Origin: Candidatus Falkowbacteria bacterium UBA917
Lineage (GTDB): Bacteria > Patescibacteriota > Patescibacteriia > Patescibacteriales > Patescibacteriaceae
Direction: 5' to 3'
Length of the DNA stretch: 63,599 nucleotides
Assembly (NCBI GenBank): GCA_002293855.1
Contig: DBEB01000010.1
Span: 1-63,599, forward strand
Shown: positions 1 to 8,349 of the stretch, one piece after another
Layout: every line of letters begins with the position of its first letter
Numbering within the stretch: the stretch's first letter is position 1
Program-made: the position numbers and the translations under genes
The notes under the pieces: generated by a model
Told to the model about the DNA's origin: nothing
Seen by the model: the letters and a program-made list of their open reading frames with translations, nothing else
The model's database searches: none

Positions 1-947
1 GGGAAGAACTTGAGATTGCGATAGAGCCAAAGCAGACGACTCAAAAGATCTTTGTCGGTGGACGCAAGGAACTTGGCACTAGCAGAATTAATCAAGAAGT
101 CAGAGAGCGTAACAGCGTCAAACATAATACTCCCCTTTTGATTGATAAAGTAATTAATCCAAGCGCCAATACTCGGCAGGATTTGTCGGCCATCGATCAC
201 GATAGTCTCAGTACCGATCTGAAGACTGTTAGTTAATAATACACTAATTAGCGCATCTTTAAAATCAGGATGATCAACTAACAAATTAATCAAGCGATAA
301 TTGAACTCTGAGATAAAGAGCTGATCACTACTAGCGAGTAAAACTAGTAAATTACTAGAGAGTAAGTCTTTGAACTGTTCGAGAGCGAGTTCTGGACTGA
401 TAGCCGACTCGGTACCAGCTGATGCATCAAGATCAGTAGTCTCCTCGCTAATAGCGCGTAAGTAATCAGGATCATCAGGATAGACGTTCATCGGCTCGCC
501 ATCATCAGGAATGGGAGCTGGCTCAGGATCAGCTTGCCAGAGCATGGTGTCAGCGGCTAACTCAGTGGCGGCTAATTTCCTAAGCTCTTCAACTTCAGCC
601 AAGTAGTCGCTAGCATTAGCGCCGAGTGAGCGGATATAGTTGGCTACATCCTCACCGAGCCAATCAGAGATAGCGAGGAACTTGTAACCAGCTAGATCAC
701 AGATGAATTGACGGAGTTTGGTATCATCAAAATTAAAGACAGCTTTGACTTGATTGTAGAGCTCAGCGAGACGCAGTTCTTTGAGATAGACTGCTTCAAC
801 CAACTCCACCATAGCCGAGCTTTGAATGCCGTCTAAGTCGTATTTTTCAATCAGCAAGACGCTCAAGTCAGCAGCTTTATCGGCAGTTAGCAAATAGAAA
901 ACTTCCTGAGGTAATTGTTTGATTTTAGCTTTGTTAGCGTTATTCAT
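1..947 (-). CDS. hypothetical acidic protein, 3' end cut by window edge (at least 315 aa)
   Basis: This ORF is absent from the track because no stop lies inside the window. I translated the minus strand from the ATG at 947-945 (MNNANKAKIKQLPQEVFYLLTADKAADLSVLLIEKYDLDG...) and found an open frame down to position 1. It starts 6 nt after the stop of the 1061-aa gene. It is D/E-rich, has no obvious TM segment, and matches no family I recognise. Confidence 0.6.
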   Translation of the reverse strand, partial: MNNANKAKIKQLPQEVFYLLTADKAADLSVLLIEKYDLDGIQSSAMVELVEAVYLKELRLAELYNQVKAVFNFDDTKLRQFICDLAGYKFLAISDWLGEDVANYIRSLGANASDYLAEVEELRKLAATELAADTMLWQADPEPAPIPDDGEPMNVYPDDPDYLRAISEETTDLDASAGTESAISPELALEQFKDLLSSNLLVLLASSDQLFISEFNYRLINLLVDHPDFKDALISVLLTNSLQIGTETIVIDGRQILPSIGAWINYFINQKGSIMFDAVTLSDFLINSASAKFLASTDKDLLSRLLWLYRNLKFF

Positions 948-953
948 AGATGA

Positions 954-3900
954 TTATTTACCCCAAGTGCCGTTAGTGATAGCGCTTCTGATCTTCCTAG
1001 CTAGTTCTTCGTTTTTATCAACTGACAAGGAACCGTTCTTACCTTTTTTGAAATTAGTATCTTGTAGATTATTAGCGGCTGAGAAGTCATTGACTGCCTT
1101 AATATTATTTAGATCGAGCTCGGCGATACTTGGATCGCTACCGCCATTTTCAGACTTAAGCTGACGAATGAAATCAACAATGGCCTTGTTGTGTTTGGCG
1201 GTTTTGACATTGATCACAATTGAAGAATTCATATTTAACGCCTTGAGACTTTCGGGGTGATTGTATTTAGCCCAGCGTTCGATAATGGTATTAACTAAGC
1301 CTGGATTATTGTCTTGGCGATTTAGCTGTTCTAATTTGGAAGAACTGACTTGATTGGATAAAATATCAGCTAATCGATCATCTAATTCAGAGCTATCAAT
1401 TTGTTCCAGTTGTTTGGCAGAAGCACTTTGAATAAACTTCTTGACTGCTGATTCATCAAGTACACCGTTTATACCAGTAAAGGCCTTTTTGAGATCGCCC
1501 TTGAGAGCAACATAATGAGTGCGATAGGACTGAGACTCCTTGAGAGCCTTGGCAGCTTCTGATTCAAACTTCAGTTTGTCTGCAGGACTAAGGCCCGGAA
1601 CAATTGATTTGGCCAAAGCATCTTCGGCAGCTTGCTCATGTTTGGTAGCTTCTAACAAAGAAGCATCAGCAATCTTGCCAGCAAAATCTTTACTGCCCTC
1701 CGTATCAATCTTGTTAATAGCGGCGTTATAGCGTCCTGGATCGAGAGCGCCCTTGAAGGCGGAAAGAATCTCAGCTAAGTTATTGGCATCCATATGATTA
1801 ACCTTAAGCTCATCGAGCTTCAGTTTGCCTTTTTTGATCATACCAGACATAGCTTTTTGATCAGATTCTTTTTTCATGTCCCAAATTAGATCAGGTCTGG
1901 TTTTAGCAGTACCGTCTATCAAATCGCGATAGAGAGCGGGGCGATATTTGGCAAGACCGGCAAAATCGTTGAAGGACTTGCGTTGGTCGGTGTTTTCTCG
2001 GTGGTTAACATCATCAAGACGAGCTATCTTGTCATGATGGATAGCACTGAGAACTTCACCATGAAACTTAGCCATGCTAGCTGCTTCATCTTTAGCTGCC
2101 TGTTCTTGACTTCTGTTGCCGAGACGACGGAGATAAGCATCCCAAGCACCGGTTTCCATCATCTTTTGCTGAATAGCATAACGTTCGGCCAGATTTTGAT
2201 TGGCAGCTTGATCAGCGGCGGCGGTAGATTTAAAGTTCTTAGCATCAAAGTTAGCAGAGACAGCACTGGTAGATGCAAAGGCAGTTTCTAGCTCGCTAGC
2301 AGTCATGCTGGCAATAGCGGCAATTTTATCCTTGTGGAGCTTAGAGTATTGAGCTTCTTCTTTGTTAATCACTTCGCGTTCTTTTTTGTACTTATCAGCA
2401 TCGCTATTGAACCAAGTAGCGGTATAGCCCTTGTCTTTGGCTGATAAACCGATGGCGAGGCGCTGTTTGACGTCGCCAGTGTTTCTGTAGGCAGTTTCTA
2501 GTTCGGCTTCAGTAGTTAGATGCTTATATAGACCTTGAGTTTTTTCAATCTCGTCTTTGTCTTTTTTGAAATCTTCGGCACGAGCTTTGGCAGCACCTGG
2601 ACGAGCCTGCCAGCCAGCTAGACCACGAGCAGCCCACTCCGACATAGCCTTAACCTCGACAGCCTTGCCATTGATAGTTGGTAAGAGTTTTTTAGCTTCT
2701 TCGGGATTGAGACCAAGCAAACTCTTGCCGTCAGCTGTAATTTTACCTTCGGCATTTTTTTGATATTTAACACCGTTTTTCATCCAAGAACCAGTATTAC
2801 CGATGGACTGACGCATCTTGGAGACCTCACTGTTGGCATTAGTCCAAGTATTCATAGCCAGAGAATCCTTGGTGCGCTTGAGACCTTGGAGATTGAGATT
2901 GTCCTTAACAAAACCCAGGCCACGACTGCCTGCTCCCTTGAAAAAAGCACTGTCAGCAAATTTAGCAGCACCGACACCAGCTGCACCAACGCCCAGAGCT
3001 CCTTTGCCAACCAGCTTAGCCGCTGATGAACCATAACTCTTGCCCTTTTTCTTGATCCAGCCGGAACCGGCCTTAAGCTGACCCATGCCCCAGACAGCAG
3101 CACCACCAATCAGACCGCCGTAGGACTTGGAAACAATCAGGCCACCAACCAAGAGAGCGATGGCAACGATGTAGCCGATAAAAAACTCAATGCCACTAAT
3201 CTCAGAGATACCGACGACTGGATTAGGATTATTCATGTTACCAAGCAGACCTGAAGCGACACGATTGGGATTGCTGCTAGTAGCGCTATCGAGTGTCGAT
3301 AATGAAAGCCAGATAAAGAAAGCGAGTACCGGACCACTGACAACGGCGTTGGTAAAATCTCCCCACCACTTAGAATAATATTTAGAACTTGGTAGAGCAT
3401 AGGCTAGCCAAGCAAATGGTGAGACAGTGACGTAAATCCAGATCATAATGATGCGCCAGAGCAACATAAAGAGCATCGAGATCAAAACCACACCAGCGAC
3501 GAGTAGATAAGCAAAAGCAAAGAGATAGGTCAGCAAGAGCGAAGTGCCATCAATCTCATAGCCACGGACTTGTGGTGTGTCAACACTCTCCAGATTGGAG
3601 TTGACGCCAGACAGGCTGAGCATCTTATCAATGCCGAGTACTTGAGTTAACTTGGCACCACCAAAGTCACTGAAGCCGTTAACAAAGGTCAACATCACGA
3701 CACTGGAAGCGTCGAGGATAATGCCACAAATAGACTTGGAGAAGTTAATAAATATAGCTGCAATCACTACCTTGGGCAGCATTTTTTTCATGGGATAGCC
3801 ATCGATACCCAAAACAGTAGTAAAGGCAACTACCAAGAGAATCAAAATAAAGAACATGTTGCAGAGATCGCGGATAATCACCCAACCCTTTACTACGACT

Positions 3901-4139
3901 TGAGAGTCAATAAAATCATTGTACTGAGCGAGATAGATAATGCCGGAGATAACCAGAGTGATCAGCCAGCCCATGAACCAAATGATGACACCGAGCAATT
4001 TGGAAATAGCTGACAAAAACCAGCCCTCGACAGTGCCGGTTTGAGCAAAGACTTGAGGGGCAAAAGCAAAAAGTAAAACTAAGCTAAGAACTAGTATTAG
4101 AGAGAGCTGAGTTTTAGTAAGCTTGGTAAAAAAATGCAT
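954..4139 (-). CDS. giant envelope protein: signal peptide, about 8 TM helices (possibly TrbL/VirB6-like topology), then a roughly 650-aa K/E/A-rich helical tail
   Basis: Track ORF, 1061 aa. The N-terminus LSLILVLSLVLLFAFAPQVFAQTG looks like a signal peptide. Hydrophobic runs continue to about residue 350 (LLGVIIWFMGWLITLVISGIIYL, LLLTYLFAFAYLLVAGVVLISMLFMLLWRIIMIWIYV, IEFFIGYIVAIALLVGGLIV). The remainder is charged and contains an internal repeat (TTEAELETAYRNTG / MTASELETAFASTS). The TrbL/VirB6 comparison is recollection only and has not been searched. Confidence 0.75.
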   Translation of the reverse strand: MHFFTKLTKTQLSLILVLSLVLLFAFAPQVFAQTGTVEGWFLSAISKLLGVIIWFMGWLITLVISGIIYLAQYNDFIDSQVVVKGWVIIRDLCNMFFILILLVVAFTTVLGIDGYPMKKMLPKVVIAAIFINFSKSICGIILDASSVVMLTFVNGFSDFGGAKLTQVLGIDKMLSLSGVNSNLESVDTPQVRGYEIDGTSLLLTYLFAFAYLLVAGVVLISMLFMLLWRIIMIWIYVTVSPFAWLAYALPSSKYYSKWWGDFTNAVVSGPVLAFFIWLSLSTLDSATSSNPNRVASGLLGNMNNPNPVVGISEISGIEFFIGYIVAIALLVGGLIVSKSYGGLIGGAAVWGMGQLKAGSGWIKKKGKSYGSSAAKLVGKGALGVGAAGVGAAKFADSAFFKGAGSRGLGFVKDNLNLQGLKRTKDSLAMNTWTNANSEVSKMRQSIGNTGSWMKNGVKYQKNAEGKITADGKSLLGLNPEEAKKLLPTINGKAVEVKAMSEWAARGLAGWQARPGAAKARAEDFKKDKDEIEKTQGLYKHLTTEAELETAYRNTGDVKQRLAIGLSAKDKGYTATWFNSDADKYKKEREVINKEEAQYSKLHKDKIAAIASMTASELETAFASTSAVSANFDAKNFKSTAAADQAANQNLAERYAIQQKMMETGAWDAYLRRLGNRSQEQAAKDEAASMAKFHGEVLSAIHHDKIARLDDVNHRENTDQRKSFNDFAGLAKYRPALYRDLIDGTAKTRPDLIWDMKKESDQKAMSGMIKKGKLKLDELKVNHMDANNLAEILSAFKGALDPGRYNAAINKIDTEGSKDFAGKIADASLLEATKHEQAAEDALAKSIVPGLSPADKLKFESEAAKALKESQSYRTHYVALKGDLKKAFTGINGVLDESAVKKFIQSASAKQLEQIDSSELDDRLADILSNQVSSSKLEQLNRQDNNPGLVNTIIERWAKYNHPESLKALNMNSSIVINVKTAKHNKAIVDFIRQLKSENGGSDPSIAELDLNNIKAVNDFSAANNLQDTNFKKGKNGSLSVDKNEELARKIRSAITNGTWGK

Positions 4140-4166
4140 GTTTCTAAACGACCAAGTTGTTATAAA

Positions 4167-5120
4167 TTATTTAACCACAGAACTAATTGTATCAATCGGA
4201 TGAGCAATCGTATCAACTAAGGCAAGGAGTAAAGCGCTAATGACCAAAAGAATAACCAAGACAATGATATCAAGCAGAGCGACAATAGTAAGCTCTAGAA
4301 AACCAATCCGATCAGAAACTGATTTGAGCAAATATTCTGAAAAACCACTTCCTGCGGCTTTGCTCGCAACTTTAGTTTCAAGCCTTGTCAAACCGGATCC
4401 GAGCCATTCTTGACCAAGCTTGCTAAAGTAATTGGAACCGATGGTAAAGCTCAAAAAAATATGAATATTAATCCAGATCAGTGTTAGCCCCCAGCTCGGA
4501 ACTAGAGCCAGCCAAGATTCTCTAAGTAGAGTGTCAGTGCCTAGACTGACAGCACTCGACACTAGAGAAGATCCAGAGCCATCAGAGTCAGACAATCTGC
4601 TTAGTAATTTATTTTTGATAGCTTGACGCTTGGCGGAGCGGAGTGAGTCACTAGCCTGCTCTAGACGATCGCCTTGTTTGACGATCTGCGAGCCTTCTTT
4701 GCGGATAGCTCGACCAGCACTGTCAACTGCTTGTCCGCTTTCGGCTAAGGCAGTGCCGCCAGCTTGAGCGACAGCTCCAGTGGCAGTAGTGACAGCCCCA
4801 ACAGCGGCAAGTGGCACACCGATGATAGCCCCAGCGCCGGTAGCACTGAGAGCGACACCAGACTCAGTCAGAGAGGCGCCACCACGTTCTAGACCACGAC
4901 CAGTGGCAGCTACGGCTTTACCAGTGACTTTCATAGTCTTGCCAGTAGCTTGGGTAGCAACCCCAGCAGCCTCTACACTGCGACCAGTGTTTTTGACCAC
5001 TTGAACTTTGCGCTGGCGACGAGTGGCTAGCTTTTGTTTACGCAAAAGCTCAGCTCTAGACTGCTCATCAGATTCGTCAGTATCGGATTGTGCTTCAAAC
5101 TCAGAGGCGCTTATTGCCAT
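4167..5120 (-). CDS. hypothetical membrane protein with acidic N-terminus, Gly/Ala/Thr-rich periodic region and two C-terminal TM helices
   Basis: Track ORF, 317 aa. The N-terminus is SEFEAQSDTDESDEQ. Then comes an ATG/TGK-type periodic stretch (ATQATGKTMKVTGKAVAATGRGLERGGASLTESGVALSATGAGAIIGVPLAAVGAVTTATGAVAQAGG). The C-terminus has the hydrophobic runs WGLTLIWINIHIFLSFTIG and LTIVALLDIIVLVILLVISALLLALV. It is the first gene behind its own promoter. Confidence 0.7.
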   Translation of the reverse strand: MAISASEFEAQSDTDESDEQSRAELLRKQKLATRRQRKVQVVKNTGRSVEAAGVATQATGKTMKVTGKAVAATGRGLERGGASLTESGVALSATGAGAIIGVPLAAVGAVTTATGAVAQAGGTALAESGQAVDSAGRAIRKEGSQIVKQGDRLEQASDSLRSAKRQAIKNKLLSRLSDSDGSGSSLVSSAVSLGTDTLLRESWLALVPSWGLTLIWINIHIFLSFTIGSNYFSKLGQEWLGSGLTRLETKVASKAAGSGFSEYLLKSVSDRIGFLELTIVALLDIIVLVILLVISALLLALVDTIAHPIDTISSVVK

Positions 5121-5138
5121 AGCTTTAGCCTATGGCTA

Positions 5139-5167
5139 ATTATAGCATTAAGCGATTTGTATTTCAA
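5139..5167 (-). promoter_or_regulatory. sigma70-type promoter of the three-gene operon (TTGAAA-17 nt-TATAAT)
   Basis: The minus strand reads ttgaaa tacaaatcgcttaatgc tataat. The -10 is at 5144-5139 and the -35 at 5167-5162, with exactly 17 nt between them. The ATG at 5120 lies 18 nt below the -10. Confidence 0.55.
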
Positions 5168-5205
5168 ATAAAAAAACACCGCTAGAGCCAGTTGTTTAGC
5201 GGTGT
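5168..5205 (-). terminator. rho-independent terminator after hpf
   Basis: The minus strand has the stem acaccgcta...tagcggtgt (9 bp) followed by tttttttatttg. It lies directly downstream of the hpf stop. Confidence 0.7.
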
Positions 5206-5227
5206 AAAAATGAAAATGACAAGAGCT

Positions 5228-5533
5228 TTAGGAACGCTTGTCCTTGTATTTTTTAATTGACTCGAGGACATGATCCTTGACCTTGTCGATAGCCTTGTAG
5301 AGATCAGCTTCGGTTTTTTGGATAAAGATATGTTCGCCAGCTAAGACTAGATTGATTTCAGCTTGGAAGATGTCGCCTTTTTGGTGATGTTTGGTAGTGA
5401 GAGCAATCTCAAAATCACAATTAGTAACAGTTTGATTAACTAAATATTTGTCTAACATATCCAGCTTGGCCTGAATATAGTCAGTGATAGCTGGAGTAAG
5501 CTTCAAACCTGTGGCTTTGATTTGGGCGCGCAT
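5228..5533 (-). CDS. hpf: ribosome hibernation promoting factor / RaiA family (short form)
   Basis: 101 aa. MRAQIKATGLKLTPAITDYIQAKLDMLDKYL...FEIALTTKHHQKGDIFQAEINL...ADLYKAIDKVKDHVLESIKKYKDK has the typical YfiA/HPF layout. Confidence 0.85.
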   Translation of the reverse strand: MRAQIKATGLKLTPAITDYIQAKLDMLDKYLVNQTVTNCDFEIALTTKHHQKGDIFQAEINLVLAGEHIFIQKTEADLYKAIDKVKDHVLESIKKYKDKRS

Positions 5534-5537
5534 ATCA

Positions 5538-6713
5538 TTAAAACTTAGTGAATAAACTTTTAATTTGGCAGGATAAACAACCTAACTTACTGATGTCAGC
5601 AATGCTAACAAAAACAATCATAATAATTAAGAGCAAAAAGAAGACATTATTAAAGATCATTTCCAGTTGCCGGTTCATAACCTTGCCACGAATTTTTTCA
5701 ATCAAGAGGAAAAAGAGTCGACCGCCATCAAGAGCCGGAATCGGCAAGATATTGAGGACGGCGAGGTTAACTGATAGAGCGGCCGAGAATTGCAAGACAT
5801 AGGCTAGTCCTAGATCAACCATCTGACCAGTGATGCCGTAGATACCGATCGGTCCAGCGACAGCTTGGCCACTCGCCTGGCCTTGGAAGAGTTTAGCAAA
5901 GAATTGCCAGAGGCCGATAATAATCATAGCAAGGAGCATGTAGACCGAGATAGCCGCCTGATAAATAGCACGGTACCAAGGGTAACGGACAGTAGCAATC
6001 TGATCGAGACCCACACCGACACCAATAATCTCTTCGCTGGCGCTGACACTTAGTTTACGAGGGGTTAACTCTTTGCTGAGGAACTGATTGCCACGACGAA
6101 CCTGATAAATGACCGGAGTATCTAGTTTGGTCTTGATGAAGTTTTGGATATCTGCAGTACTAGCAAAGTTCTGACCGTCGATGCTGACAATGATGTCGCC
6201 GGCCTTGATACCGCCAGTTTCAGCCGGAGAATCAGCAATTACTGAGGTGATTTGAATGCGAGGATCTTGATAATTTTTGAGATGAGCCTGACTCTGGTCA
6301 TAGGATTCTGGCAAACCAGTGATAGCAAAAGCGCAGAAAAGAATAAACCAAGCCAGAATGACATTCATGATCACGCCAGCGGATAGGATAAGAGCACGTT
6401 TCCAGATGACTTGAGCGCCAAAACTATCAGAATCATGGTTACCATTGTCATTTTCGCCCTTGATTTTGACAAAGCCGCCGAGAGGGATCCAGTTGAGAGA
6501 ATAGACAGTTGAATCATGATCAGTGATCTCTCGCCCACCCCAGACGCGCACCCATTTGCCTTGGCGTTTGTAGAGGCCGCAGAGACGTGGTGGAAAACCG
6601 AAGCCAAACTCGTCACAAGCGACTTTGAAGTAGCGAGCAACAGCGAAGTGGCCGAGTTCGTGGACAAAAACTAGTAGTCCGAGGATGAGGAAAAAAGTAA
6701 TGAAAGTAAGCAT
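5538..6713 (-). CDS. rseP: RIP metalloprotease RseP (site-2 protease, M50) with PDZ domain
   Basis: 391 aa. It has HELGH near the N-terminus (FVHELGHFAVA), a PDZ-like segment (AETGGIKAGDIIVSIDGQ) and the C-terminal NLAVLNILPIPALDGGR motif. Confidence 0.9.
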   Translation of the reverse strand: MLTFITFFLILGLLVFVHELGHFAVARYFKVACDEFGFGFPPRLCGLYKRQGKWVRVWGGREITDHDSTVYSLNWIPLGGFVKIKGENDNGNHDSDSFGAQVIWKRALILSAGVIMNVILAWFILFCAFAITGLPESYDQSQAHLKNYQDPRIQITSVIADSPAETGGIKAGDIIVSIDGQNFASTADIQNFIKTKLDTPVIYQVRRGNQFLSKELTPRKLSVSASEEIIGVGVGLDQIATVRYPWYRAIYQAAISVYMLLAMIIIGLWQFFAKLFQGQASGQAVAGPIGIYGITGQMVDLGLAYVLQFSAALSVNLAVLNILPIPALDGGRLFFLLIEKIRGKVMNRQLEMIFNNVFFLLLIIMIVFVSIADISKLGCLSCQIKSLFTKF

Positions 6714-6714
6714 A

Positions 6715-7269
6715 TTAAATAGTCATGATGTCTTTTTCTTTTTTATCGCTAATTTCTTTGAGATTGTTATTACGATCAGAGATTTCTTCTTCTAACTCCT
6801 TGAGGAAGCGGAATTTATCATCCTCGCCTAACTCCTTGGCAGCAAAGGCCTTTTCAATCTCAGTTTTAATCTCATCTCTAAGTTTACGCAATTCAACACG
6901 AGCTTGTTCAAACTTGACGCCCAATTTCTTGACCAATTCGCGACGGTTTTCTTCGGTCAGTGGCGGCATGGAGAGACGGAGGCGTTCACCTTCATTGACG
7001 ATAGAAAAGCCCAGATCAGCGATGACTAGAGCTTTTTCGATGTCTTTGAGAACGCTCTTGTCCCAAGCAGAAATCAGAATGCTAGAACTATCAGAGAGTG
7101 AAATATTACCGAGAGCATTGATAGGACTACGAGTCCCATAGGCTTCGACCTGCACAGCGTCGAGCATAGCAGGATTGATACGGCCAGTACGGAGTCCAGC
7201 GATATCTTTTTTGAAATAGTCTTCTAGTTGAGTAAAGGCGCTTTGACGATCGCTAATGTATTGATTCAT
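6715..7269 (-). CDS. frr: ribosome recycling factor
   Basis: 184 aa. LRTGRINPAMLDAVQVEAYG...LSMPPLTEENRRELVK is the classic RRF pattern. Confidence 0.95.
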   Translation of the reverse strand: MNQYISDRQSAFTQLEDYFKKDIAGLRTGRINPAMLDAVQVEAYGTRSPINALGNISLSDSSSILISAWDKSVLKDIEKALVIADLGFSIVNEGERLRLSMPPLTEENRRELVKKLGVKFEQARVELRKLRDEIKTEIEKAFAAKELGEDDKFRFLKELEEEISDRNNNLKEISDKKEKDIMTI

Positions 7270-7277
7270 ATAAGTAA

Positions 7278-8348
7278 TTAATTATTCGGTTCACGAACTC
7301 CTAGATAAATTAAGCCGTCTTGATTGGGATCGGAGAGAATCTTCCAGGCCCGACGAGTAGTTGGGATAGGAGTAGTGGTCCAGTTCTCACCACCATCAAT
7401 ACTACGATAGAAGGTGGCGTCAGTGATATAGTAGAGCAACTGAGGATTTTTGTAATTAACAGCCAAAGAATTGATAGTAACTGGTTCCTTGGGCGTTAAT
7501 AGCTTGATTTCTGTCCAATCATCACCATTATTGACAGTGCGCAGTAGCCCGTATTTCAAGGCTAACAAAAATCCACCGTCTTGGGAAGGGACACTGATGA
7601 GGTCACGCAAAGAACGATCACCTTTGAATTCTTTGAGTTTGTCAGATAAATCTAGCCAAGTAACCCCAGCGTCAGTAGTGCGATAGAGCTTGCCATTGCT
7701 AAGGCCGATCATAATAGTCCGACTATCAGACTTGCTGATGACAATTTTTTTGATTTCATTCTTAAAAATTTGAATATTTTGCCAGCTCACGCCGTAATCA
7801 GAGCTCTTGATCAAATTGCCATTATCCGTACCAATATAGACAAGGGCCGGATTATAGTGATCGATAGCTAGCGAACGAACTACAGCATTAGCATTGGCAT
7901 CAGTGTAAGCAACTTGCCAGCTACGGCCACAATCTGAGCTTTTGAGTAATTTAGAGCCGATTGAGCTGTAGATTTGACACTTGTTCTTGGGATCAACCGC
8001 TAAATCGACAATCACTTGGACATTGAGAGCTTTGGAACGGCTAGGCGACCAGGATTCAGCACCGTCATAACTAGTCATAATCCCCTTTTCAAACATGCCG
8101 AGATAAAGAGCCTTACTGTCAGACGGATCCATGGCCATAGAATAAATCGCTAGATTGGTCATAGACAGATTTTGACCGTTGGTACCGAGGATGGAGTTGC
8201 GAGTTACCCAAGTCTGACCGTGATCAGTGGACTTGAAGAGACCGCCGTTACTTGGCAATTTGGTACCGCCGCCAATGCCGAGATTGAGAGTGCAACCCGA
8301 GACTAGGAAGCTCAGCACTAAAAGAATTAATAATTTGGATTTAGGCAT
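7278..8348 (-). CDS. lipoprotein with seven BNR/Asp-box repeats (beta-propeller, Ycf48/sortilin-like)
   Basis: 356 aa. The lipobox is LVSGC. There are seven SxDxGxxW-type boxes: STDHGQTW, SYDGAESW, SSDCGRSW, SSDYGVSW, TTDAGVTW, VNNGDDW, SIDGGENW. Confidence 0.8.
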   Translation of the reverse strand: MPKSKLLILLVLSFLVSGCTLNLGIGGGTKLPSNGGLFKSTDHGQTWVTRNSILGTNGQNLSMTNLAIYSMAMDPSDSKALYLGMFEKGIMTSYDGAESWSPSRSKALNVQVIVDLAVDPKNKCQIYSSIGSKLLKSSDCGRSWQVAYTDANANAVVRSLAIDHYNPALVYIGTDNGNLIKSSDYGVSWQNIQIFKNEIKKIVISKSDSRTIMIGLSNGKLYRTTDAGVTWLDLSDKLKEFKGDRSLRDLISVPSQDGGFLLALKYGLLRTVNNGDDWTEIKLLTPKEPVTINSLAVNYKNPQLLYYITDATFYRSIDGGENWTTTPIPTTRRAWKILSDPNQDGLIYLGVREPNN

Positions 8349-8349
8349 A

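Noticed and set aside
4780-5004. A 74-aa plus-strand ORF antisense to the 317-aa gene.
   Set aside because: It lies in the GC-rich Gly/Ala/Thr repeat region, where stop codons are rare in all frames. It has no SD or promoter and its product is a proline/alanine-rich shadow.
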